Assembly: GCA_046050105.1 (NCBI GenBank)
Contig: JBJOQE010000042.1
Coordinates: 1-34,380, forward strand
Source: Candidatus Parcubacteria bacterium
GTDB taxonomy: Bacteria > Patescibacteriota > Minisyncoccia > Phycocordibacterales > UBA918
Direction: 5' to 3'
DNA: 34,380 nucleotides
The position numbers were made by a program, and so were the translations under genes. Positions 24,734 to 33,343 of this stretch are shown piece by piece (the first letter of the stretch is position 1; every line of letters starts with the position of its first letter). The notes under the pieces were generated by a model that did not search any database, was not told the DNA's origin, and saw nothing but the letters and a program-made list of their open reading frames with translations.

Positions 24734-25960
24734 ATGAATTACGTATCAATTTCTTTGCGTCGCTTCGGTCTGTGTGCACTCGCTCTCTCGGTTGTTTTTT
24801 GTATATACGCTACCACAGCACACGGAGCCACAGTTTGCACGCTTGATCGCGATTTGGAGTTTGGTGTCATCGGAGAAGATGTCCGTTGCTTGCAGCAATA
24901 TCTGAACACTAACGGATTTGTGATAGCCGACATTGGAGCGGGCTCACCGGGAAAGGAAACAGGAGAATATAAAGCACTCACTGAGCAGGCGGTGATGAAG
25001 TGGCAACGTGCACAGGGTATTGCGCCAGCAACAGGCTATTTCGGTACAAAATCTCGCGCTATGTACAGCACCATGGTAGGTGGTGAAGTGAAGGGGGCGG
25101 CAACCACAAATGAATCAGTACTCGAAACACAAAAGAAAGCACTTGAAGACAAAATAAAATCTCTCCAGGACATGCAACCTACGGTAGTACCCCCCAAACC
25201 GGTAAGTACACCTGCAGTTTCAAGTGACGAAAAAGAAGCGCGCGACACAATTATGGAAGCACTTGATGCTCTCGATGAAGCAGAAGATGTGGTGGATGGT
25301 GCTGACAGCGCGCCCGATATTGCGTCTGCAACTGACAACCTTAATGATGCGCGGGATGATCTGTTTGACGCCATGAAGGCCTTCTTTGCGAAGGAATACG
25401 AAGAAACTATTGAAATGGCAGAAGATGCACGAGGAAATGCAGAAGATGCTATTGATGATGCTGGTGGTTCAGAGGATGAAAATGATGCTCAAGAAAAAAT
25501 TGATGAGGTAGATAACGCTATTGATGACGCTGAAGATCGCATCGATGAGGCTGATGCAAAAGGCGACGACACTGACCGGGCAGAAGACTTGCTTGATGAG
25601 GCAAAAGACAAGCTAGATGAGGCAGAGGATGCGTTTGACGATGAAGAATACGAAGATGCAATAGACCTTGCTGATGAAGCAGATGATTTGGTCGACGATG
25701 CCATCGATAGTATCGGTGAGAGTGATGATACAGCGGACTTACTAGAAGAAGTGCAGGATGACTTGGCACGCGCACAGAAGCAAGTCAAAAATGCACAAGA
25801 TGATGATGAAGACGTGGGAGATGCAGAAGATTTACTCGACGAGGCTGAGGACGCACTTAACGATGCTGAAGATGCACTTGATAACGATGATGAAGACGAG
25901 GCTGAAGACTTTATCGACGAGGCGAAAGATCTCATCGCAGAGGCGCTCGATGAATTCTAA
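24734..25960 (+). CDS. Secreted peptidoglycan-binding-domain protein with a long Asp/Glu/Ala-rich repeat region
   Basis: A signal/anchor sequence is followed by a PG_binding_1-like segment (GEDVRCLQQYLN...AVMKWQRAQGI...GYFG). About 270 aa of acidic repeats follow (AEDLLDEAxDxL..AEDA). Confidence 0.7.
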   Translation: MNYVSISLRRFGLCALALSVVFCIYATTAHGATVCTLDRDLEFGVIGEDVRCLQQYLNTNGFVIADIGAGSPGKETGEYKALTEQAVMKWQRAQGIAPATGYFGTKSRAMYSTMVGGEVKGAATTNESVLETQKKALEDKIKSLQDMQPTVVPPKPVSTPAVSSDEKEARDTIMEALDALDEAEDVVDGADSAPDIASATDNLNDARDDLFDAMKAFFAKEYEETIEMAEDARGNAEDAIDDAGGSEDENDAQEKIDEVDNAIDDAEDRIDEADAKGDDTDRAEDLLDEAKDKLDEAEDAFDDEEYEDAIDLADEADDLVDDAIDSIGESDDTADLLEEVQDDLARAQKQVKNAQDDDEDVGDAEDLLDEAEDALNDAEDALDNDDEDEAEDFIDEAKDLIAEALDEF

Positions 25961-26039
25961 TCGTGTGTTGTGGAGGTGAAAGTTAAAGTGGGGTAGATGC
26001 GTAGTATAGTGTGTTAGCAATTTATTTTTAGGTTTTCGT

Positions 26040-26594
26040 ATGCGTCTGATTAGTATTGGTGTCCTTGGTGTTGTGGTATTTGGTCTTATGGGTTACGCGG
26101 GCATGACGCTCATGGATACTGGAGCAACCGAAGGTGCGCCAACGCAAGATACGGTGGCCGCACTACCAAGTGTGCTAAACGGAGAAGTGCCTGCTGAAGT
26201 GTCCGAAACCGCAGATACTGCTGAAGTGTCCGCTGCTCCTGAAACAGGGGTGACAGATCTCTCTCCTACTCCCTCACCCGTACCGAAACCTCAACCCTCT
26301 CCCAAGCCTATTTCTCCCACGCCCACACCGACACCAACTCCAGCACCAACCCCGAAGCCATCAGGTTACACCACGGCACAAGTGGCGCAGCATGCGGGCG
26401 CTGCAAGCTGCTGGTCGGTGGTTAATGGCAGCGTGTACGATCTGACGTCATACGTCTCTCGTCACCCAGGAGGAGAACGAAAGATTCTCAATATGTGCGG
26501 CACGGATGCCACCGCCTCGTTTGAAGGCCAGCACGGTGGAGAATCAAAGCCAGAAAATATCCTCGCAGGACTCCGTATCGGCGCAAAGATATAA
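26040..26594 (+). CDS. Membrane-anchored cytochrome b5-like heme/steroid-binding domain protein with a Pro/Thr linker
   Basis: It contains the segment CWSVVNGSVYDLTSYVSRHPGG, a linker PTPTPTPTPAPTPKP and an N-terminal TM helix. Confidence 0.7.
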   Translation: MRLISIGVLGVVVFGLMGYAGMTLMDTGATEGAPTQDTVAALPSVLNGEVPAEVSETADTAEVSAAPETGVTDLSPTPSPVPKPQPSPKPISPTPTPTPTPAPTPKPSGYTTAQVAQHAGAASCWSVVNGSVYDLTSYVSRHPGGERKILNMCGTDATASFEGQHGGESKPENILAGLRIGAKI

Positions 26595-26613
26595 AACATT
26601 TACATTAAGCCAT

Positions 26614-26650
26614 AAAAGCAAGCTATTCTTATAAAAAAGCTTGCTTTTTT
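26614..26650 (+). terminator. Rho-independent terminator
   Basis: The stem aaaagcaagct...agcttgctttt is followed by a T-run. Confidence 0.8.
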
Positions 26651-26704
26651 ATATAAAATGTGATATAGTAAAAAAAGATTTCAACAATATTCCCCGGAGG
26701 GATA

Positions 26705-27445
26705 ATGAAGCTCATTCACATCGCACTCATTTCTGCAGCTTTGCTTTTGGCTGGCTGCTCCAACACTATGCGTCAGTTTGACGCATACAGTTCCGCGCCA
26801 CCTGAAGTGCAGGCTGCACCACTTGCAGAGGAATCTCTTCTTGCCGAAGAAGAAGCCGACGATGGCTACATCTACTACGGCAACGACATGGAAGTGTTGG
26901 AGCCTGAGGAGTCAGAAGACGACTCAGTCGACACTGAAGTATCACTTTCGCCTCGCATCGTGCCGTGGCATGGTGGCGACATTCCGCACACTATCGTCAT
27001 CGCCACCTCGGAACGAGCGCTCTACGTGGTGAACGAAGGAAGTGTCACCGCAACGCGCTTCCCGATAGCGGTTGGCAAGGAAGGGTTTGCGTGGACGGGC
27101 ATTGCCGCGGTTGGGCAAAAGAAAGTGAACCCTACGTGGACACCGCCCGCGGAGATGCTTGAGCGAAAGCCTGAGCTGCGTGCATGGGAAAACGGTATGC
27201 CAGGTGGCATCCCCGAAAATCCACTCGGCACGCGTGCGCTCTACCTCTACGATACGGACGGGCATGATACGCTCTACCGCATTCATGGTACGAACGTACC
27301 TGAGAGTATCGGCACTGCTGCTTCCTCTGGCTGCATTCGCATGCTGAACGCGCATGTGGAATGGCTCTACGCACGGGTGCCAGTTGGTGCACGTGTGGTG
27401 GTTGCAGAAGAGTTTGGTCAAGACATGGCAGGGCTCATGGAGTAA
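26705..27445 (+). CDS. L,D-transpeptidase (YkuD family) lipoprotein
   Basis: It has a lipobox (LLAGCS) and the catalytic motif HGT......SSGCIRM. GGAGG lies 5 nt upstream of the ATG. Confidence 0.85.
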   Translation: MKLIHIALISAALLLAGCSNTMRQFDAYSSAPPEVQAAPLAEESLLAEEEADDGYIYYGNDMEVLEPEESEDDSVDTEVSLSPRIVPWHGGDIPHTIVIATSERALYVVNEGSVTATRFPIAVGKEGFAWTGIAAVGQKKVNPTWTPPAEMLERKPELRAWENGMPGGIPENPLGTRALYLYDTDGHDTLYRIHGTNVPESIGTAASSGCIRMLNAHVEWLYARVPVGARVVVAEEFGQDMAGLME

Positions 27446-27455
27446 GACGATAAAT

Positions 27456-27492
27456 GGACCGGATTCCCAAGTGGAATTCCGGTCCTTTCTTT
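27456..27492 (+). terminator. Rho-independent terminator
   Basis: The stem ggaccggattcc...ggaattccggtcc is followed by tttcttt. Confidence 0.75.
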
Positions 27493-27515
27493 ATATATGG
27501 ACATGTTAAGTGTGC

Positions 27516-27545
27516 TTGACTTATATATGTGAGGAACACTATGAT
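27516..27545 (+). promoter_or_regulatory. Promoter (TTGACT, 18 nt, TATGAT) giving a leaderless XRE transcript
   Basis: The -10 element ends 6 nt before the ATG at 27552. Confidence 0.55.
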
Positions 27546-27551
27546 GCATCT

Positions 27552-27755
27552 ATGACCGAACGGATAGAGAATGTCGTTTTTGAACTGCGCACCAAGAAAG
27601 GCATGACGCAAGAAGGTCTTGCGGAAGCACTCGGCGTGTCGCGCCAAACGGTGATTGCAATCGAAAAGGGGAATTACACCCCCTCGGTTCTTCTTGCACT
27701 CAAAATTGCGCACGTTTTCAATAAACGAGTTGAGGATATTTTTACTATTTCATAA
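27552..27755 (+). CDS. XRE-family helix-turn-helix transcriptional regulator (67 aa)
   Basis: It has the HTH_3 signature KGMTQEGLAEALGVSRQTVIAIEKG. Confidence 0.85.
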   Translation: MTERIENVVFELRTKKGMTQEGLAEALGVSRQTVIAIEKGNYTPSVLLALKIAHVFNKRVEDIFTIS

Positions 27756-27762
27756 ACAAGAC

Positions 27763-28122
27763 ATGAATCGACCTATACATGGTGGCACTGCAGCAGTACT
27801 TGTGTTTGTGCTTTTGGCACTCGGTGATTTTCTGCCGTTCTGGATGCCGAATATGAATGAGATGATATGGCTCACCATTGCAGCACTCCTCCTCGTGGTG
27901 TGGGCAGGGTTTGTTATGCTTGAAAACGGTGGTGATGAACGTGAGTTGGCACACCGCATGAATGCGGGACGGGTGGCGTACCTCGCGGGACTCGGCGTTC
28001 TCACGCTGGGACTTGTCGTGCAAGGTTTTGCGCACGCTATCGACCCTTGGCTTCTCTATGCACTTGGAGCGATGGTTGTTTCGAAACTGGTGGCACGGAT
28101 GTATAGCGAAAGGTATCTCTAG
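27763..28122 (+). CDS. Small multi-pass membrane protein paired with the XRE regulator
   Basis: It has four hydrophobic segments and starts 8 nt after the regulator's stop. Confidence 0.6.
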   Translation: MNRPIHGGTAAVLVFVLLALGDFLPFWMPNMNEMIWLTIAALLLVVWAGFVMLENGGDERELAHRMNAGRVAYLAGLGVLTLGLVVQGFAHAIDPWLLYALGAMVVSKLVARMYSERYL

Positions 28123-28138
28123 CCGGGGCACCGGTGAG

Positions 28139-28184
28139 AATCCCCACCACAATGTAAAGTCTACTTTACATTGTGGTGGGGATT
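28139..28184 (+). terminator. Very long perfect hairpin (22-bp stem, 2-nt centre), likely a terminator, immediately upstream of a TATACT box
   Basis: The hairpin is aatccccaccacaatgtaaagt-ct-actttacattgtggtggggatt. TATACT follows at 28188-28193. Confidence 0.55.
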
Positions 28185-28221
28185 TTCTATACTGGTCACA
28201 TATTCGAATAAACAAGAGAAC

Positions 28222-28908
28222 ATGAATTTCACAGGCATAATTATCGGCGTGGTATTGGTAGCCCTTTTGGGCGGTGGGTACATCATGAGCAAGAGTGGAG
28301 GCGATGAGAACATGACTGCCACCATGGAAATGGAAAAGATGGAGGCGGAGAAAATGGCACAAGAGAAAGCGGCCATGATGGAGGCAGAGATGAAGAAGGA
28401 AGAAGCTATGATGGCAGAAAAAGAGGCAATGATGAAAAAGGATGACGCTATGATGGAAGATACGGGCGCCATGGAAGACGGAGCTGTGATCAAAAAAGAG
28501 GAGGCGAAGGCTATGACTGATGCAGCGAAGCAAAAACCAGCGGTGACTGAGGAGACGATGATGAAAAAAGAAGAAATGGGTGATGCCATGATGATGAAAC
28601 ATGGTAGCTACGAGGCGTATGCAGCTTCAAAGCTCGCTATGGCAAACAGCGGGAAGGTAGTACTCTTCTTCCGTGCATCGTGGTGCCCTTCATGCAAGAC
28701 ACTTGATGCAAACATCAAGAATAATGCGATGAATATTCCAGCAAACCTCACTATTTTAGATGTAAACTACGACGATTCTGCAGAACTTAAGAAAAAGTAC
28801 GGTGTTACCTACCAGCACACCCTGGTGCAAGTTGATGCATCTGGTAACTTGATTACGAAGTGGTCGGGCTCACCTACGCTCGCAGACATTGTGGCGAAGG
28901 CAAAATAG
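28222..28908 (+). CDS. Membrane-anchored thioredoxin-like protein (WCPSC) with a Met/Glu/Lys/Ala-rich linker
   Basis: An N-terminal TM helix is followed by a linker of about 105 aa containing about 22 Met. A Trx fold follows (VVLFFRASWCPSCK). Confidence 0.8.
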   Translation: MNFTGIIIGVVLVALLGGGYIMSKSGGDENMTATMEMEKMEAEKMAQEKAAMMEAEMKKEEAMMAEKEAMMKKDDAMMEDTGAMEDGAVIKKEEAKAMTDAAKQKPAVTEETMMKKEEMGDAMMMKHGSYEAYAASKLAMANSGKVVLFFRASWCPSCKTLDANIKNNAMNIPANLTILDVNYDDSAELKKKYGVTYQHTLVQVDASGNLITKWSGSPTLADIVAKAK

Positions 28909-28926
28909 ATCACATAAACATATTTC

Positions 28927-30222
28927 ATGACGCTTCTCATTATCTCGGTTATTGCTGGTATGCTCACGGTCTTGGCACCGTGCATACTCCCACTTCTCCC
29001 TATGGTGATTGGTACGGGAGTAACCGGGAGGGGAAAGGCGACACCGTTTGTGGTGGTCGGTTCACTGGGTGCCTCCATCATTCTGTTCACCTTTCTCCTT
29101 AAAGCGTCGACGGCGCTCATCGAAGTGCCGCAGCAGTTTTGGCCGGGACTTTCAGGAGGTATCCTTGTGCTCTTCGGGCTCACACTAGCTTTCCCCATGC
29201 TGTGGACGCGCATGCCACTTGTGGGGCGCACCAGCAGTGGCGCCAACAAACTCTTAGGGAGTGGCGCAACGAAGAAAAGTTTTGTGGGAGATGTGATGAT
29301 TGGTGCTGCGCTCGGTCCCATTTTTTCGACCTGCTCACCAACGTACTTTGTCATCTTAGCGACGGTGCTCCCTACAAGTTTCTTGTTGGGTACCGTGTAC
29401 CTCCTGGCATATGTGGCGGGCCTTTCGATGATGTTGCTGCTTATTGCATTCTTAGGGCAGCGCTTCGCCAACCGCTTGGCGGTAGCTTCAAGTTCACATG
29501 GGTACTTGAAACGAGGTATTGGCGTTCTCTTCATTATTCTCGGGCTGATGATTGTGCTTGGGTACGAAAAGAAACTGGAGACGAAGCTGCTTGAGAGTGG
29601 TTTCTTCGATGTCACTAAAATCGAGCAGCGACTGCTTGAACGTATGGAGGGAGCGGATGGTGGTGAGCCCACCGCTGAAGCAAATGACGTCATTCAGTGT
29701 GAAATGTCTGGCGGCACTATGTGCGGAAAGATGGACCGCACAGCTGTGCGTGATGCGATTGACGATATGAAACCGAAGGTCACCTATAGGGAAATTCAAA
29801 ACCCGTCGGGTTTTCTCAATTCAGACGGTGCCCCCATTACCATAGGAGAGCATCTTGGGGCGGGGAAGGTGGTGCTCATCGATTTTCTCACGTACTCGTG
29901 CAACAATTGCCGCGCTGTTATCCCACACCTAAATGAATGGCACGAAAAGTATAAGGATGACGGGCTCGTGGTTATCGGTATTCACGCACCCGAGTTTGCC
30001 TTTGAGCATGAGCGTACAAATGTGGAGAAGGCTCTTGCATCGCTCGGTGTGACGTTTCCTGTGGTGATGGATAACGACTTCGCTACGTGGCGCGCCTACA
30101 GCAACCGCTTTTGGCCACATATGTATCTCATCAATCGCGAAGGAACTATCGTATACGACCACATCGGTGAAGGAGCCTATGAAGAAACAGAAGCAAAAAT
30201 CCGCGAGGCATTGGGATTGTAG
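28927..30222 (+). CDS. CcdA/DsbD-type transmembrane thiol-disulfide transporter fused to a TlpA/ResA-like thioredoxin domain (DipZ-like)
   Basis: The N-terminal part has LAPCILPLLP and six or more TM segments. The C-terminal part has VLIDFLTYSCNNC...FPVVMDND. Confidence 0.8.
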   Translation: MTLLIISVIAGMLTVLAPCILPLLPMVIGTGVTGRGKATPFVVVGSLGASIILFTFLLKASTALIEVPQQFWPGLSGGILVLFGLTLAFPMLWTRMPLVGRTSSGANKLLGSGATKKSFVGDVMIGAALGPIFSTCSPTYFVILATVLPTSFLLGTVYLLAYVAGLSMMLLLIAFLGQRFANRLAVASSSHGYLKRGIGVLFIILGLMIVLGYEKKLETKLLESGFFDVTKIEQRLLERMEGADGGEPTAEANDVIQCEMSGGTMCGKMDRTAVRDAIDDMKPKVTYREIQNPSGFLNSDGAPITIGEHLGAGKVVLIDFLTYSCNNCRAVIPHLNEWHEKYKDDGLVVIGIHAPEFAFEHERTNVEKALASLGVTFPVVMDNDFATWRAYSNRFWPHMYLINREGTIVYDHIGEGAYEETEAKIREALGL

Positions 30223-30312
30223 ATAGTACGAGCACGGATGCGCACCCCAAGGGCACTTGCTTTCCATAGTCGTCTATCGACTCCTTGGAAAGCTGGCGTA
30301 TACTAGTGCTCT

Positions 30313-32040
30313 ATGACACAAGACTTAGCACTTGAGATTTTGAAGACAGGTGCGAATGTGTTCCTTACCGGTGAGCCAGGGAGCGGTAAGACACATACAG
30401 TGAATCGATATATTGAGTACCTCACCGAGCGCGGCGTAGATGTCTCAGTCGCTGCTTCTACCGGCATTGCTGCAACTCACGTGGGCGGCATGACTATTCA
30501 CTCATGGAGCGGCATTGGTATTCGCTCCACGCTCTCAGAATGGGAGCTCGACCAGCTTTCTGAGAAAGAGCGCCTCGTAAAAAGACTCACTGCAGCGCGT
30601 GTACTTATCATTGACGAAATTTCAATGCTTGGGAAAGATACGCTCGATACTGTCGAAGCTGTGTGTAGGCGACTTCGTCGTTCGCATGAGCCATGGGGAG
30701 GCTTGCAGGTAGTTTTTGTCGGCGACTTCTTCCAGCTACCACCCGTTGAGCGCGCTATGGGCATGTCGAGCGCACCACAGAGTGAAGATTTGTTTGTGGA
30801 CGTTGATATGGATGCGCCGCAAACAAATTTCGCGTACCACTCGTCTTCCTGGAAGCGAGCGAAGCCTATCGTGTGCTACTTAACCGAGCAGCACCGTCAA
30901 GAAGATGAATCGTTTCTCGCTATCCTTTCTGCACTCCGCCGAGGTGAGGTGGGAGAAGAAGTGAAGGTAGTGCTTCGCGAGCGCGCGGTGGTGCCGCCTG
31001 AAGAAGTGCTTACGCGACTCTTTCCTAAAAACCAAAACGTCGACCGCATGAACGACACGGAGCTTGGGCGCCTTCCTGGCTCACCGCGCGTATTTCAAAT
31101 GTCATCGCATGGCTTCGCGCCAGTGGTTGAAGGGTTGAAGAAAAACTGTCTTTCCCCTGAGGCGCTCGCGCTCAAGGAGGGTGCAAAAGTAATGTTTACC
31201 AAAAATGCCATCGACGGAAAATATGTAAATGGCACACTTGGCGAAGTGATTAGCTTCGCGCGTCCAGGCGGGCAGCCGGTGGTACGCACGCGCGACGGCC
31301 GCACCATTGAAGTGGCACTTGCCGAGTGGACCATCGAAGACCAGGGGAAAGTAGTTGCAGGTCTTGAGCAATTTCCTCTCCGTCTCGCCTGGGCTATTAC
31401 CGTACACAAAAGCCAAGGTATGTCACTTGACGCGGCGGTGATTGATCTTCGCACCGCGTTTGAATATGGCCAGGGGTATGTGGCACTTTCGCGTGTACGC
31501 ACGCTCGACGGGCTGTTCCTCGAAGGGTTTAACGAGCGATCGCTCCAGGTGCATCCCGAAGTGCTGGAGGTTGATGCCGAGTTCCGCACGCTTGCCGAAG
31601 ATGCAGAGGTTGCCTTCGAGGGAATGGAAGACACCGAAATTAAGGATATGCAAAAGACGTTCCTTAAAGCGATTGGCGGCTCAGAAGAGGTGGTGGCGCG
31701 CACCAAGGGCGAACGTAAAGAGAAGATCTCCACCTTCATGGAAACGTGTGCACTCGTGAAAGAGGGGAAGACGCTCGAAGAAGTAGCGAAAGAACGTAAG
31801 CTTACGGTAGGCACTATCGTGGCGCATCTCGAGCGACTCATTGAAGAAGGTGACCTCGACCCCGCACTCGACATTGAGCACGTAAAGCCAAGTGAGGAAA
31901 ACCTCACCAAGATGCTTGCAGCACTCCGGAAGGTGCAAGACGAAGACGGCAAAGTGCCGCTCACTCCCGCGCGTGAACTCCTCCAGAACCGCTACTCGTT
32001 TGAAGACCTCCGGTTGGCGCGGTTGTTTTTGATAGATTGA
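30313..32040 (+). CDS. Pif1/RecD-family SF1B helicase with a C-terminal HTH domain
   Basis: It has Walker A (GEPGSGKT), LIIDEISML, VGDFFQLPPV, TVHKSQGMS and YVALSRV. The C-terminal segment LTVGTIVAHLERLIEEG is HTH-like. Confidence 0.85.
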   Translation: MTQDLALEILKTGANVFLTGEPGSGKTHTVNRYIEYLTERGVDVSVAASTGIAATHVGGMTIHSWSGIGIRSTLSEWELDQLSEKERLVKRLTAARVLIIDEISMLGKDTLDTVEAVCRRLRRSHEPWGGLQVVFVGDFFQLPPVERAMGMSSAPQSEDLFVDVDMDAPQTNFAYHSSSWKRAKPIVCYLTEQHRQEDESFLAILSALRRGEVGEEVKVVLRERAVVPPEEVLTRLFPKNQNVDRMNDTELGRLPGSPRVFQMSSHGFAPVVEGLKKNCLSPEALALKEGAKVMFTKNAIDGKYVNGTLGEVISFARPGGQPVVRTRDGRTIEVALAEWTIEDQGKVVAGLEQFPLRLAWAITVHKSQGMSLDAAVIDLRTAFEYGQGYVALSRVRTLDGLFLEGFNERSLQVHPEVLEVDAEFRTLAEDAEVAFEGMEDTEIKDMQKTFLKAIGGSEEVVARTKGERKEKISTFMETCALVKEGKTLEEVAKERKLTVGTIVAHLERLIEEGDLDPALDIEHVKPSEENLTKMLAALRKVQDEDGKVPLTPARELLQNRYSFEDLRLARLFLID

Positions 32041-32095
32041 CGACACTGCAAGACGTCTCTATATTACTCTCAGATGGAATTGAGAGGAGATTTCG

Positions 32096-32494
32096 ATGTC
32101 TGAAATCAAAATGGTGCGCATAAAGTTGGGGTTAACAAGGTCACAGGTTGCAATGGCAGCTCAGAAGACGGTGAGTACCATCCAGCGTTGGGAGGAAGCC
32201 AATAAACTTCCGCGTGGTATGTCACATACAGGGTATGTGAAATTGCTCCGTGAGGGAGTTCCCGCTGCAGCTATGGTGCGGAATAGAATACTCGGAGTAT
32301 TCACCTTAGGTATGGCACGACATATCTTAGGACTCACTCGTGAGGACTTCGCACGGCAGCTCGACGTGTCGGTGGCGTATATGCGAAAACTTGAATCTAA
32401 TGAGAGGCGATTAACTCTCGTCATGAAGCACGTAGTGGCGGCGGAGGTGAGGATGCGGCTGACTGAAATATTGAAACACAAAGACGCGCACTAG
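32096..32494 (+). CDS. Hypothetical protein with two XRE-like HTH repeats
   Basis: A GAGGAG Shine-Dalgarno sequence precedes it. The two repeats are LGLTRSQVAMAAQKTVSTIQRWE and LGLTREDFARQLDVSVAYMRKLE. Confidence 0.6.
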   Translation: MSEIKMVRIKLGLTRSQVAMAAQKTVSTIQRWEEANKLPRGMSHTGYVKLLREGVPAAAMVRNRILGVFTLGMARHILGLTREDFARQLDVSVAYMRKLESNERRLTLVMKHVVAAEVRMRLTEILKHKDAH

Positions 32495-32507
32495 CGCGTC
32501 TTCTTTA
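32481..32507. terminator. Terminator hairpin between convergent genes
   Basis: The hairpin aagacgcgc-acta-gcgcgtctt overlaps the stop codon. Confidence 0.6.
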
Positions 32508-32566
32508 GTGAGTAGTTCCTGCAAACATATCAAGGGTAGCTCTTGATATGCTCACACAACTGCGAA

Positions 32567-33277
32567 TTAGTATGCAGGCTTCTCAGCGTAGATCATGATA
32601 CTGCGGCGCTTGGCATTCTCGCCGCGGTGGCGATGTGACTTGTGCACTTTGTGAATGTGGAAGCGGCGGCCGTAGGTCTCATCAATTTCTTCTTCAGTTG
32701 AAACGTGCTCAGGTACACCAATCTCTGGGTGAATGTACGTGTTCTCCTCTTCGCCCGGGTTTTCTTTCAGCATGCGGTAGGCGTGGCGGTCTTCGTCCAG
32801 AAGAAATGTTTTGTAAAAAAGAAAACCACCTGGCTTAAGAATGCGATAACACTCTTCAATAAGTTCTGCACGCTGTGCTGCATTTAGAAAGTGCGACGAC
32901 ATCATATCGAGAATGAGATGTTGCGATGCATCGGGGAGGGGAATGGGGGGTGCGATAGAGCGCGTTTCAAACTGGAGCGGAAGCTTCTGTTCCGTTGCGC
33001 GTGCCTTTGCTTGTGAAATAGCGCTTCCTGAAATATCACACCCCCAGCCGCGCATGCCGTAGTTTTCAGAGAGCCATATGATGTTGCGGCCGTTGCCGCA
33101 GCCGAGGTCGGCCACAGAGGTGGTGACGTTCAATAGCGCACGCCCTTGCTCGCGTTCTAAAAAGCGTATGAATTTTTCCAAGTCCTCGCTTACGTTCGTC
33201 GAAAGAGCCAGGTGGCCACCGTCGCGGTACTCTGCATCCCAGAAATTTGCTCCCTTGCCGCGCTTCTTCTTTTTCAT
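32567..33277 (-). CDS. Class I SAM-dependent methyltransferase
   Basis: It has motif I (VADLGCGNGRN) and the post-I segment GCDIS. I chose the ATG at 33277 (MKKKKRGK) because the upstream part of the track ORF is antisense to rlmB. Confidence 0.75.
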   Translation of the reverse strand: MKKKKRGKGANFWDAEYRDGGHLALSTNVSEDLEKFIRFLEREQGRALLNVTTSVADLGCGNGRNIIWLSENYGMRGWGCDISGSAISQAKARATEQKLPLQFETRSIAPPIPLPDASQHLILDMMSSHFLNAAQRAELIEECYRILKPGGFLFYKTFLLDEDRHAYRMLKENPGEEENTYIHPEIGVPEHVSTEEEIDETYGRRFHIHKVHKSHRHRGENAKRRSIMIYAEKPAY

Positions 33278-33343
33278 GTACAGAAGTAGACCACGAGTAT
33301 GAAAAGATAGCAAATTTTTTCGTTTTAGGGTATGCTCCTTGCT

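Noticed and set aside
25489-25935. 148-aa Ser/Ala-rich minus-strand ORF
   Set aside because: It is an antisense compositional shadow of the GAx-rich acidic repeat region. The sense frame has a signal peptide and a PG-binding domain.
27745-28602. 285-aa His/Phe-rich minus-strand ORF, and the ORF at 28161-28589
   Set aside because: They are antisense to the DUF-like membrane gene and to the Met/Glu/Lys-rich linker. Antisense ATG/GAA/AAG repeats give open CAT/TTC/CTT frames, and the ORF also crosses the 46-nt hairpin.
28809-29693. 294-aa minus-strand ORF. Similar long antisense ORFs lie at 31095-31964, 15970-16769 and 13533-14018.
   Set aside because: Each lies entirely antisense to a gene with clear family motifs (DipZ-like, Pif1, pyrG and prfB). 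They are typical GC-rich shadow ORFs.
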